In this document: one piece after another, positions 1-7,838 of the stretch | Position numbering within the stretch: position 1 is the first letter of the stretch | Layout of the letters: every line of letters starts with the position of its first letter | Source: a virus | Taxonomy: Duplodnaviria > Caudoviricetes | Length of the DNA: 34,842 nucleotides | Direction: 5' to 3' (one strand) | IMG/VR virus record: IMGVR_UViG_3300030102_001931 | Coordinates: 1 to 34,842 of that record | Notes under the pieces: model-generated | What the model was told of the DNA's origin: nothing | The model's database searches: none | The model's input: only the letters and a program-made list of their open reading frames with translations | Made by a program: the position numbers and the translations under genes

Positions 1-590
1 GGGTTCGGTCCCTGCAAAATGTTGTTCCGTTTTTGCAGCAGTAACCCCTATTGCCTGTAGTTTACAAAGGCATCTTGCTGTCTCAGTCCTATGTCCTGAG
101 CAAGCTGTTTCTATACCCCCGGGGTGTCTAGGATTATTCAGAAAAGTTTTGGTTTTGACCTTTTGTTTTTCTGGGCGTCCGAGTCGGCTGTCGTAAATCG
201 AGCCTGTAGTCTCGACCCTTCGGGCTTCCATCCTGACGCAACGGTCCTTCGGCCCGTGTCTGTATTCCAACAGACAATGGACCAACGGAGACATCCGTTG
301 GATCGATGTTTACTGAACGGCGAATCATGCCACACCTGACGCCGTCGGGTGGAACGTGGCGCACTCGACGAGCTTACAGGCGGACAGGATTCGCCGTGTC
401 GATGCGTCGTTGTTCACTTCCTTACTCCAGAAATCTCCCTGCATGAACCGTTTCATCGTCTTTCGCGACGCTCACAGGGGGGTACAAGCAGTATTGTTTG
501 AGAAGTTGTACCCCGACTGCACCGCCACTCAGACGATGAAGCACCCCAACGACGCTCCCGCTTTTGTCGTTTAAAATCCTTTTAGGATAA
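1..590 (+). ncRNA. Candidate large structured non-coding RNA (or ssDNA structure); may be truncated at window start
   Basis: No credible CDS. Nested helices: 121-126/542-547, 168-174/427-433, 188-192/383-387, 202-208/375-381, 452-461/531-540, 479-487/506-514. Hairpins: 12-19/31-38, 257-263/270-276, 282-289/294-301, 333-340/344-351. U-G pairs favour the + strand. Confidence 0.5.
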
Positions 591-635
591 CCAGAATAGA
601 GAATTACAAGAATTTGGGTGCATTGCCCTTGCGCC

Positions 636-915
636 ACACCTTACCAAATATCGCGGAATAGATTTCGGGTCGGGGGAACACCCCGACTGTTAACCGAAAT
701 CACTCGGACTCAAGCATCTTCAAAATGTCGTAACGTAACCGCACTCGGTGTAGTGCCGACCAAAGAGGGTCGGCGCATTTTTATTGTTCCGAGATGACTT
801 GGTAACGTAACGCCATTTTGAATCCCGCGTGGCGGTTCTTTCAGAATCCTTGAGTCCGAGTCCGCGATATGGACTCCTGTAAGTGTATCAAGAGATACGA
901 AATGAAAACACTTAA
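636..915 (+). ncRNA. Candidate multibranch structured RNA / 5' leader of first early gene
   Basis: Helices 648-657/861-870 (10 bp), 661-668/694-701, 669-675/681-687, 702-714/849-861 (13 bp), 719-740/801-822, 753-761/768-776; 880-886/908-914 next to the SD. Confidence 0.6.
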
Positions 916-927
916 AAGGAGGCCATC

Positions 928-1179
928 ATGGCAAAACTATCTTACACTAACACCCAGATCACAGGTGAATTTGCTTTCGGACAAGAGGATCTTGATATCT
1001 GTATCGAGGCTATCATGAAGACTGGTCCACATAGTGAATACTCAGCAGAGCGTAAGTTGTTGAACCAACTGATCACAGGGCGACGGGTCATGATCCAAGA
1101 AAGCCTGAACCGTGTTGAGAATCGTTCAACGTACACGGATGACACGATCAGGTATCCAGAAGTGAAGGAGGCTTCTTGA
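928..1179 (+). CDS. Hypothetical early phage protein
   Basis: 83 aa ORF with strong SD (AAGGAGG). Confidence 0.75.
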   Translation: MAKLSYTNTQITGEFAFGQEDLDICIEAIMKTGPHSEYSAERKLLNQLITGRRVMIQESLNRVENRSTYTDDTIRYPEVKEAS

Positions 1180-1329
1180 AGTATATCAAAACATTTCCAA
1201 TACCCAAGTCTTGGGATGAGTTGCGAACGTGGATCACTCGCCACAAGGAGAGTGACAGACCACGGTTACGCGAAGCGGCTGCTAGGGGTTTCAACCTAGC
1301 AGTCAAACAGTCAACAGAGGAGAAATCAA

Positions 1330-1683
1330 ATGACTGACATTATCGAACGTTCACCAATGCACACTGAAGATCAACTGCTCAAGGTTGCAGATGTAATCAT
1401 GGCTCTTATCGAACCACGCCTCAAGGAAAGGATGAAACAAATGATTGAGGAACACTCGGACGATATCGGCACCAGTGCGGATATCGACGAGCAGGTCACA
1501 GACTGGATGCGGCTCAACTTCGATATATCAGACTACTACGAGTTCGATATTTACGAACACGAATATGAGATCGGCAACATGGTTGACGGACGTATAGAAG
1601 AAAAGGAGGAGGATGACGGCAAGTTCAGAGAACGTGTCACCGATGTACTCAAAGACATCACCGTCGGTTTCGACATCAAGTAA
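1330..1683 (+). CDS. Acidic hypothetical protein
   Basis: GAGGAG SD; 117 aa, D/E-rich. Confidence 0.8.
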   Translation: MTDIIERSPMHTEDQLLKVADVIMALIEPRLKERMKQMIEEHSDDIGTSADIDEQVTDWMRLNFDISDYYEFDIYEHEYEIGNMVDGRIEEKEEDDGKFRERVTDVLKDITVGFDIK

Positions 1684-1690
1684 CTCAACC

Positions 1691-1710
1691 GAGGGGGCTT
1701 CGGCTCCCTC
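1691..1710 (+). promoter_or_regulatory. Intergenic C(UUCG)G hairpin (near-identical copy at ~2495-2512)
   Basis: GAGGGGGC-TTCG-GCTCCCTC immediately after a stop codon; no U-tract. Confidence 0.5.
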
Positions 1711-1730
1711 ACCAACTCTCGGAGGATAAC

Positions 1731-1907
1731 ATGACAAAGACAGTTGAAATGGTAGCAGTAGAGACTGATCAACCATCTGATACGACGCTCGGTAACAAGC
1801 TGAGGTTCAAACTAGAGTACATGATAATGATGATACACTCAGGCAGAAACGAAACAGCAGGTAAACTATACGATCAACTGATAGAGGAGTTTGATAAATT
1901 AAAATGA
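1731..1907 (+). CDS. Hypothetical protein (58 aa, not in ORF track)
   Basis: GGAGG SD; MTKTVEMVAVETDQ...FDKLK; ATGA overlap with next gene. Confidence 0.7.
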   Translation: MTKTVEMVAVETDQPSDTTLGNKLRFKLEYMIMMIHSGRNETAGKLYDQLIEEFDKLK

Positions 1908-2296
1908 GAAAAGAAACATATAAAATCGCAAAGGCTTTTTACAACAGACGACCCGCTTCGGCTGCTCGTACCAGAACCAACGGTGAAGTTGTTTGGCTAC
2001 ATGACAACTGTATCGCATGGCGCACACTCGATGGCGACATTGGCTTCAGCTTGAAAGGTTGGCCCACCGTCACCACACGAGATCGTATCAACGGTATCCT
2101 ATCAGTCTTTGGATACGGACGATGGGGCGTGGCACAACGGAAAGGAGAACAGTATCTCGTGCAAGGTGCAGAAAAGATGACAACTATTGGCGATCATGAA
2201 CACTTTTATATTAGCGACTTGAAAGGAATGGAGAATACAGAAGATCCATATCACACATTCCGTAATAGTGGTTATGCAAGATGGAGGACTACATAA
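1904..2296 (+). CDS. Hypothetical phage early protein
   Basis: GAGGAG SD, coupled start; GWPTVTTRDRINGIL segment resembles other phage early proteins. Confidence 0.8.
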   Translation: MRKETYKIAKAFYNRRPASAARTRTNGEVVWLHDNCIAWRTLDGDIGFSLKGWPTVTTRDRINGILSVFGYGRWGVAQRKGEQYLVQGAEKMTTIGDHEHFYISDLKGMENTEDPYHTFRNSGYARWRTT

Positions 2297-2490
2297 TGAC
2301 GATAGGTGGTTATACAATGAAAGATCTTGGTTGGGCACTTGAAGTTCACGAGTACGAAGCAGGTTGGTCATTCGCCCTACAGGGAGATGATGCTCAACAG
2401 TTTCGTGACGAATGGAAACTCGCACAAGAACACGACATACCTTTTGGTACGTTCCTACGCGACCATGAATACAACACATTGTTTCAATAA
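2296..2490 (+). CDS. Hypothetical protein
   Basis: ATG at 2296 after GGAGG; TAATG coupling. Confidence 0.7.
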   Translation: MTIGGYTMKDLGWALEVHEYEAGWSFALQGDDAQQFRDEWKLAQEHDIPFGTFLRDHEYNTLFQ

Positions 2491-2532
2491 GGAGAGGGGG
2501 CTTCGGCTCCCTACTTCACTACTATCATAATG

Positions 2533-2597
2533 TGCGTCCGCCATAGCGGATCGCATTCCGCGTAATGACGCGGTAAAAAAATTGTGTCGCAAGCGAC
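2533..2597. terminator. Hairpin cluster between convergent genes (probable terminator region)
   Basis: Stems 2537-41/2546-50, 2558-63/2568-73, 2586-90/2593-97, with an A-run at 2575-2581. Confidence 0.5.
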
Positions 2598-2603
2598 CCA
2601 GTT

Positions 2604-3083
2604 TTATTGTAGCTCGGCTCCCTCGTTCCTCGGTCGCCTCGCCTGGGAAAAAGCGCCGCGTGGGGCCGCAGGGCTTGGCTCGAGCTTCAAGATACGCGCC
2701 GCGTGGGGCCGCAGGGCTTCGAACAATGACCCAAGATCCTTGAACCTATGACCCTCCGCTCCCTTGATCCCATGCTCCGCTAAACTCGGTCCTTGGTTGC
2801 CTTCAAACAAAAGTATGTCTCTTGTAGAGAGGCACTTAACTAAGTAAAAATTTGCGCCACCTCGTGCCCAATATGCCATATTCCAAGCGATTTGATGAGG
2901 CGAGAGATTTAACTTATTGCTTTTGGTTGCCTTCAGTTCGCACCAGAACGGAACACCATCAGCGACTATGTGAACGTCTGGGACACCGCCCCCATGCTTG
3001 TTTTCAATCCGCGTTGCGAACCACTTCTTCGGTAGGTTCTGACGTATCGAGTTCCAAAAGTTCGCCTCTGGTCCCTTGCTCAT
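2604..3083 (-). CDS. PD-(D/E)XK nuclease, VRR-NUC / Holliday junction resolvase-like
   Basis: E..FW, RIEN..GGGVPD, WCELK, LSPHQIAW motifs. Confidence 0.8.
   Translation of the reverse strand: MSKGPEANFWNSIRQNLPKKWFATRIENKHGGGVPDVHIVADGVPFWCELKATKSNKLNLSPHQIAWNMAYWARGGANFYLVKCLSTRDILLFEGNQGPSLAEHGIKGAEGHRFKDLGSLFEALRPHAARILKLEPSPAAPRGAFSQARRPRNEGAELQ
2653..2719 (+). repeat. 24-bp perfect direct repeat GCGCCGCGTGGGGCCGCAGGGCTT x2
   Basis: Copies at 2653-2676 and 2696-2719. Confidence 0.9.
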
Positions 3084-3573
3084 TGGTTATGTCCTTGTAC
3101 TCGCCCTCGATCTGAAAAGCCTGTGGGTATTGTTTTTGTAATGCTGCCAAACGTGCTGTAATCTCGTCCCTCGATAGTTGGTCGATTGTATTTATCGTCT
3201 CCCTCCTATCGATGGTCAATCCGCCAAGGGCTGACCGTATCTTCTCCGCGTTGATTGCTGCTGAAAAATGCCCTGCTTCCTCGGCCCCCTTCGATAGCTC
3301 GTACAATCTTTCAAGCTGACCAATAGTTGTAACTCCGTACCGCCTTTCGCGTTCTTCTCTCAACTCCTCGATGTACTCAACAACGTGTGGATAGTCTCTT
3401 CCATTAAGCAGACGAGAAGCGTGTTCAACAGCCAGATCAGACTTAAACCCTGCCTTACGAGCGCACTCCGCGTTGCTGTAAATACCTTCAACAACGTATC
3501 TTGCAAAACTCATCTGTCTGTTTGTTAATTTACGGTCATGTTTGTCTTCGACCTCTGCCTTGATACTGGGCAT
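3004..3573 (-). CDS. terS: Terminase small subunit
   Basis: N-terminal KLTNRQMSFARY...NAECARKAGF...ASRLL HTH, then coiled coil and AAINAEKIR motif. Confidence 0.8.
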   Translation of the reverse strand: MPSIKAEVEDKHDRKLTNRQMSFARYVVEGIYSNAECARKAGFKSDLAVEHASRLLNGRDYPHVVEYIEELREERERRYGVTTIGQLERLYELSKGAEEAGHFSAAINAEKIRSALGGLTIDRRETINTIDQLSRDEITARLAALQKQYPQAFQIEGEYKDITNEQGTRGELLELDTSEPTEEVVRNAD

Positions 3574-3639
3574 ACGTTTCTCTCCGTTGTTTTTTCCGAC
3601 AATACACCGAATATTTTTGATTTGTCTATAAACAGAAAA

Positions 3640-3856
3640 TGCCCCCTCCTTACCGAAAAAGTTTATTTTTTATTTTTATTGATGGCTTGATCGAGGCAAA
3701 TAGGGCTCTTGAGTACGGTCAAGTGTACTCTGAGTACATCAGTGAGTACGGTGCAAAACTACCTTATCTTATTGTATACAAACACTTTTTCAGGATTGAG
3801 TACGTTGAGTACGGTCAAAACGTGTTTTTGAAAAAAAAAAAAACAAAGAGGGGGCA
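3640..3856. repeat. AT-rich TGAGTAC repeat/palindrome cluster (candidate origin, pac or operator region)
   Basis: TGAGTAC at 3710, 3731, 3743, 3797, 3806; palindrome TGTACTC-T-GAGTACA at 3724-3738; bounded by inverted TGCCCCCTC (3640-48) / GAGGGGGCA (3848-56); T-rich and A13 tracts. Confidence 0.65.
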
Positions 3857-3899
3857 AATCCCTTTTTAAGAAAAAATTAAATTATTTTCGTTCTGCCTC

Positions 3900-3940
3900 T
3901 TGTAATGATGCTATCTGATATTATATGGTACTTTATAAGA
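3900..3940 (+). promoter_or_regulatory. Putative sigma70-type early promoter
   Basis: TTGTAA followed by AT-rich -10-like hexamers upstream of the early operon. Confidence 0.35.
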
Positions 3941-3959
3941 CAACATGAGGAGATTTAGA

Positions 3960-4298
3960 ATGTCTTACAATTTATCAGAAGAAGCCTACGAAATCGCTGA
4001 TGAGGCGTGGCAAGAAACCAAGGACCGAGATGCGGCAATCGAGTTTATTTATGAAACGTGTGACGGTCATGAGCTATCGATCTACTACGGCAAGGCGATA
4101 GATTTCTGTGCCAACAACGACACCACTTGTGGCGAGGAATATCTAGAGGAGCTTGGTGGTATCTCACAAGAGGTCAACGATACGTTTGGAGCTATTGCTT
4201 GTCGTATTGCATACGCTTGTTTGTTGTCTGCATCGATGGCTTGTCTTGATGGGATCATTGACGAGGATGAAGAAGAGGAGGAGTTAGAAGATGCTTGA
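3960..4298 (+). CDS. Ocr (T7 gp0.3)-like acidic DNA-mimic anti-restriction protein
   Basis: 112 aa, very acidic. AYEIA...IYETCDGHELSIYY resembles Ocr AYEML...IHMAADNAVPHYY; poly-E tail; first gene of the operon; start reassigned using the GAGGAG SD. Confidence 0.65.
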   Translation: MSYNLSEEAYEIADEAWQETKDRDAAIEFIYETCDGHELSIYYGKAIDFCANNDTTCGEEYLEELGGISQEVNDTFGAIACRIAYACLLSASMACLDGIIDEDEEEEELEDA

Positions 4299-4497
4299 AG
4301 GATGGTTTGAAACGGACAGCGGCATGGAGCCGTTTATAATCGAGGAGGCAACTTCTTTTGTCGAGGCGGTGAAAGAGATGGTTGCATATGACCCAGAGAA
4401 CTTTGGCTTCACGGACATGGAGATCGAATGGAATGGCGAGGACGTAACCAAGTTGGCTTATGACACAGTAGAGGAGATACATAATCAAGATGGGTAA
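4291..4497 (+). CDS. Small acidic hypothetical protein
   Basis: Coupled ORF with SD. Confidence 0.75.
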   Translation: MLEGWFETDSGMEPFIIEEATSFVEAVKEMVAYDPENFGFTDMEIEWNGEDVTKLAYDTVEEIHNQDG

Positions 4498-4816
4498 AAA
4501 GCTTATCATAAATTGTTGGGAAGAGGGATCGATGGTCTTGGACTGGGATCCCAAGGCATACAAGACCAAGGCAGGGGCGGCAAAGTCTTTGCACAAGGCG
4601 CTATGCAAGTGGTGCGAACAGATAGGAATGGACCCTAAAACTGAGTGTCATATTTGGACACCAGAAGAAACAGACAACAGAGGATACGGCAAGTACTGGT
4701 CTGTGAGTTTAGAGGGAGGGCCGTTTGAATGGGCCATTCGTGCCTCTGATGTTATCGACAATCCTAATTGGTATGTCGAACCGTATTATTCTTTTAATTT
4801 ACATTTTGTCGAGTGA
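4490..4816 (+). CDS. Hypothetical protein
   Basis: Coupled ORF; W-rich (SLEGGPFEWA). Confidence 0.8.
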   Translation: MGKKLIINCWEEGSMVLDWDPKAYKTKAGAAKSLHKALCKWCEQIGMDPKTECHIWTPEETDNRGYGKYWSVSLEGGPFEWAIRASDVIDNPNWYVEPYYSFNLHFVE

Positions 4817-4825
4817 GGAGGGATC

Positions 4826-5188
4826 ATGAGATTATATACAAACAACCAAGGTTCGTGGGTCGGGACGCAAGCAGATGCGAAGCGTGAGTTCGGGAAGGAC
4901 TGGAGCGAGGTCGGAGTACCAACGAGCAAGGACGAGCTACTAGAGTTTTTAAACTTTAATTCAGTGGGTGGAGAGAAGGTTGAACCTATTGTGGCTGACA
5001 CGCCACGCACTGCCCCTCGAGCACATGGACAGAGTTGTTCGGGAAACAGGGATGTTCGTGAGGCCGCAGCACTCAATCGATATGATGTGAGGGATGTAGT
5101 GTTGAACTGTCCGAAGGAATATTTAGGGGGCGCATTGAGCGCGATAACAACAAGAATTTATGACATGGAGGATGAACTAAATGCCTAA
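4826..5188 (+). CDS. Hypothetical protein
   Basis: GAGGAGG SD. Confidence 0.8.
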   Translation: MRLYTNNQGSWVGTQADAKREFGKDWSEVGVPTSKDELLEFLNFNSVGGEKVEPIVADTPRTAPRAHGQSCSGNRDVREAAALNRYDVRDVVLNCPKEYLGGALSAITTRIYDMEDELNA

Positions 5189-5666
5189 TCATTGCTATCA
5201 ACAAGTATCTATCAAGGGGCCGAGCAAACTGGTCCGACACCTGTACGCAGAACTAAAAGAGAATAGCCGTTTCTGTGATGTGGTTGTGCCTATGCCATTT
5301 GAGTTGTGGATCGCGCCGGACATAGAGGTCAACAAGTATGGTTTCGAGAGCACAAGTCCGCAGTGGTATGAATGGCGGTATGACAATTGGGACACCAAGT
5401 GGGATGTCTGTGATGTCGATGTGCATGGGGATCTCGAGACGGATGGGAAACACGCATACGACAACGATTGCACTGCATGGTTTAGTTTCAATTGTTGGAC
5501 CGCATGGGGGCCACCGTTGAACGTGTGGAACAAGTTGGTTGATCTGGGCGTTGAGGTAAACGCTGACTACCAAGACGAGTGCGGCAACTTTGAGGGCGAG
5601 TATCGCAATGGTGACAACGAGAGTTGGGAGCCAGAGGACGAAGAGGAGGAGGAAGAGAATGCGTGA
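5181..5666 (+). CDS. DUF1281/YubB-like ferredoxin-fold protein
   Basis: MPNHC N-terminus; WYEWRYDNWDTKWD and F.CWTAWGPP motifs. Confidence 0.75.
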   Translation: MPNHCYQQVSIKGPSKLVRHLYAELKENSRFCDVVVPMPFELWIAPDIEVNKYGFESTSPQWYEWRYDNWDTKWDVCDVDVHGDLETDGKHAYDNDCTAWFSFNCWTAWGPPLNVWNKLVDLGVEVNADYQDECGNFEGEYRNGDNESWEPEDEEEEEENA

Positions 5667-5856
5667 GGGACTTAGACGAGACATAAAGACAATGCTGTCT
5701 GCTTACTATGGCGATGTGGATTATTGGCTTCAGACGATGGAGGCCAACAACATCAACATGATTACCGCAGGGACACCGACTTTCGAATCGTATGAAGATG
5801 CGAGGGCATGGCGGACAAGGATCAAGTCAATACTGAGGGAGTTCGAAAATGACTGA
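5659..5856 (+). CDS. Hypothetical protein
   Basis: Start reassigned to ATG 5659 (GGAGG SD). Confidence 0.65.
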   Translation: MREGLRRDIKTMLSAYYGDVDYWLQTMEANNINMITAGTPTFESYEDARAWRTRIKSILREFEND

Positions 5857-6082
5857 GGTAAGTATAGATACGATTGCCTACGTGGAAGAAGAAGGTAAAT
5901 GGGCACACGTTATCGCTACGTTTGAAGATGACAGACTGTTTGCTCTGTGTGTACCCATGATAAAGAAGTACATCGACAAATACTACAACGAGGATGCGCA
6001 ACGTGCTGATCAATACATACTCACCGAAAGTTGTGGGTTAGGCATAACAATACCTGACGTGGAGGAGTTCGAGAATGACTAG
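5849..6082 (+). CDS. Hypothetical protein
   Basis: Coupled ORF. Confidence 0.7.
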   Translation: MTEVSIDTIAYVEEEGKWAHVIATFEDDRLFALCVPMIKKYIDKYYNEDAQRADQYILTESCGLGITIPDVEEFEND

Positions 6083-6314
6083 CGTTGATCCGATGGAGAT
6101 TATGTTGAGCGATATCTTTAACAAGGTATTCTACAACGAGGACCGAGAACCGAGCCGCAAGGTTTGCGAAGACTGCGACGGAGTTGGGTGGGTTGAGGCG
6201 GAGTACGCTCGACCACAAAACTTTGACAGGGACGTTGGATATCTGGATACTAAACGAGTGGATTGTGAGGAGTGCGGTGGCACTGGAGTTATGGAGGTTG
6301 AAGATGAAGACTAA
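6075..6314 (+). CDS. DnaJ-type zinc-finger small protein
   Basis: CEDCDGVG and CEECGGTG motifs. Confidence 0.75.
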   Translation: MTSVDPMEIMLSDIFNKVFYNEDREPSRKVCEDCDGVGWVEAEYARPQNFDRDVGYLDTKRVDCEECGGTGVMEVEDED

Positions 6315-6510
6315 AGTTTACGAATGCTTGAATACGTTCAACGAGCGTGAGTGGAACGTGTTGCATGTAGCGTTGGATCATATGATCGAACGCCTACGAG
6401 ATTGCATCCGAGATGAGAGTGATGTCTGTGATGACGATGGCGAGTATTTATTAGAACAGTGTGAGAGACTTGTGTCTGCAAACAAACTGAGGAACAGATT
6501 AAATGACTGA
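6304..6510 (+). CDS. Hypothetical protein
   Basis: Start reassigned to ATG 6304 (GGAGG SD). Confidence 0.65.
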   Translation: MKTKVYECLNTFNEREWNVLHVALDHMIERLRDCIRDESDVCDDDGEYLLEQCERLVSANKLRNRLND

Positions 6511-6691
6511 CGTTTATTTTCAAGAAGAGTTAGCCTTGGACCACGAGCCTAGTCTAAATCATTGGGCGCATCTTCTTGCTGAAGATGAGATGGAAAATGG
6601 CGGAACAAATTACGATTATGAATATGAACAGGCGTGGCATTATTTAGATGCTGAGTTCAATTACACTTATGAGTATCGAGAGGTGGCGTGA
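6503..6691 (+). CDS. Small acidic, Tyr-rich hypothetical protein
   Basis: Coupled ORF. Confidence 0.7.
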   Translation: MTDVYFQEELALDHEPSLNHWAHLLAEDEMENGGTNYDYEYEQAWHYLDAEFNYTYEYREVA

Positions 6692-6969
6692 TGAGTGACG
6701 AGAGGATACCCGAGGGGGCCAAGATTATTTCGAGGAAGGAACTGAGGAGGGCAATCAACTCTGTTTGTATTGTGTACAAGGATGGTGAGCACCAAGTTAA
6801 ATGCCACCTGCCTGACTTGGACAAGATCGTAATCAAGAACAAAGACTTGGATATGTTGTACTTACTGACCGAGGCACTGTCGGATGCAGCAAACGAGGCC
6901 GAGCACCTAGAGACGAAGGGAGAACTTAAATTCTCGATTACAGACTTGAAGGGATCGAGCGATGGATAA
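6688..6969 (+). CDS. Hypothetical protein
   Basis: GAGG SD, coupled. Confidence 0.7.
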   Translation: MMSDERIPEGAKIISRKELRRAINSVCIVYKDGEHQVKCHLPDLDKIVIKNKDLDMLYLLTEALSDAANEAEHLETKGELKFSITDLKGSSDG

Positions 6970-7144
6970 CAGGGTATGTATGCACTACGTCTTGGATCGG
7001 TTGGAAGATATCATCGAGACCTATGAGAACAAGGATGTAACGGACGCCATCAGACGGGTCGAAGAGTTCAAACGGGAATGTATCTACAACTTGGGCGTCA
7101 ATCTACGCATCGATTACAAGGAGGTGCGTGATGAAAGCCTATGA
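6962..7144 (+). CDS. Hypothetical protein
   Basis: Coupled ORF. Confidence 0.7.
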   Translation: MDNRVCMHYVLDRLEDIIETYENKDVTDAIRRVEEFKRECIYNLGVNLRIDYKEVRDESL

Positions 7145-7334
7145 AATAACGTGTGAGGGCATGGTCAGCAGGACCATTTATGTTGATGACGCTTCTAGTT
7201 TAGAGGACGCAATCAACTATGCTCGAAGAGAGTTTTCGCTCCTTGTGGGTGCGAGAGAAGAGGATGTCGAAATAGCTGACATCTATAGTGAACCAGTAAA
7301 ATTAAAGGAGGTGAGTAATGAACCAGAAAGTTAG
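7128..7334 (+). CDS. Hypothetical protein
   Basis: AAGGAGG SD. Confidence 0.7.
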   Translation: MMKAYEITCEGMVSRTIYVDDASSLEDAINYARREFSLLVGAREEDVEIADIYSEPVKLKEVSNEPES

Positions 7335-7830
7335 TCTAGTAAGTTTAGCGGTGGAGAAAGCGTGGTCAAATGCTGCCAATGCAACCGAAGCCAAGGACAG
7401 GTATCTCGAGATGTTGAAGACGGATGAAGCATTGCGGACGGAGGCAACGGCTCGATACCTAGAGAAGATCGCACGTTGGGATACAGTTGTACGTCCTAAA
7501 TTAGATCGTGCCATGTTCAAGAGGCACGTTCTGAGCAAGGGTCAGACATCGACACCGAATGTATCGCGCAAGAATACGATGAAGATGTACGCGAAAGATT
7601 TGTTTGAGACACTCAGGTTGCCGGAGACAGGTGTTAAACTTGGGCAAGCAACGCGTCAGGACTTGGACAAGGCTATCTCGTTTGAGAAGTCTAGGGCGCA
7701 GCACCACACGCACCAACAGAGTTTTTGGTCTTCAATACAGAAGCGTCTTAAAAAAGACGATGCAATGGTCAAGGATGTTTGGACACCAGTAGAGATAGAG
7801 CAGACATACGAGGAGATATTGAACAAATGA
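7318..7830 (+). CDS. Basic 170-aa hypothetical protein abutting the TIGR array
   Basis: AAGGAGG SD; stop codon 8 nt before the first array unit. Confidence 0.8.
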   Translation: MNQKVSLVSLAVEKAWSNAANATEAKDRYLEMLKTDEALRTEATARYLEKIARWDTVVRPKLDRAMFKRHVLSKGQTSTPNVSRKNTMKMYAKDLFETLRLPETGVKLGQATRQDLDKAISFEKSRAQHHTHQQSFWSSIQKRLKKDDAMVKDVWTPVEIEQTYEEILNK

Positions 7831-7838
7831 TTAGTTAT

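Noticed and set aside
124-637. Short ORFs on both strands at the left end
   Set aside because: No SD, atypical composition, mutually overlapping; the region is better explained by base pairing.
2281-2289. Self-targeting: spacer 1B (ATGGAGGAC) matches here; other half-matches at ~22317, ~27371 and ~32323
   Set aside because: Only 9-10 nt match and the adjacent half does not, as expected by chance. No full 18-nt self target was seen by eye (not exhaustive).
3639-3869. 76-aa ORF with EYG repeats
   Set aside because: Translation of TGAGTAC repeats and homopolymer tracts.
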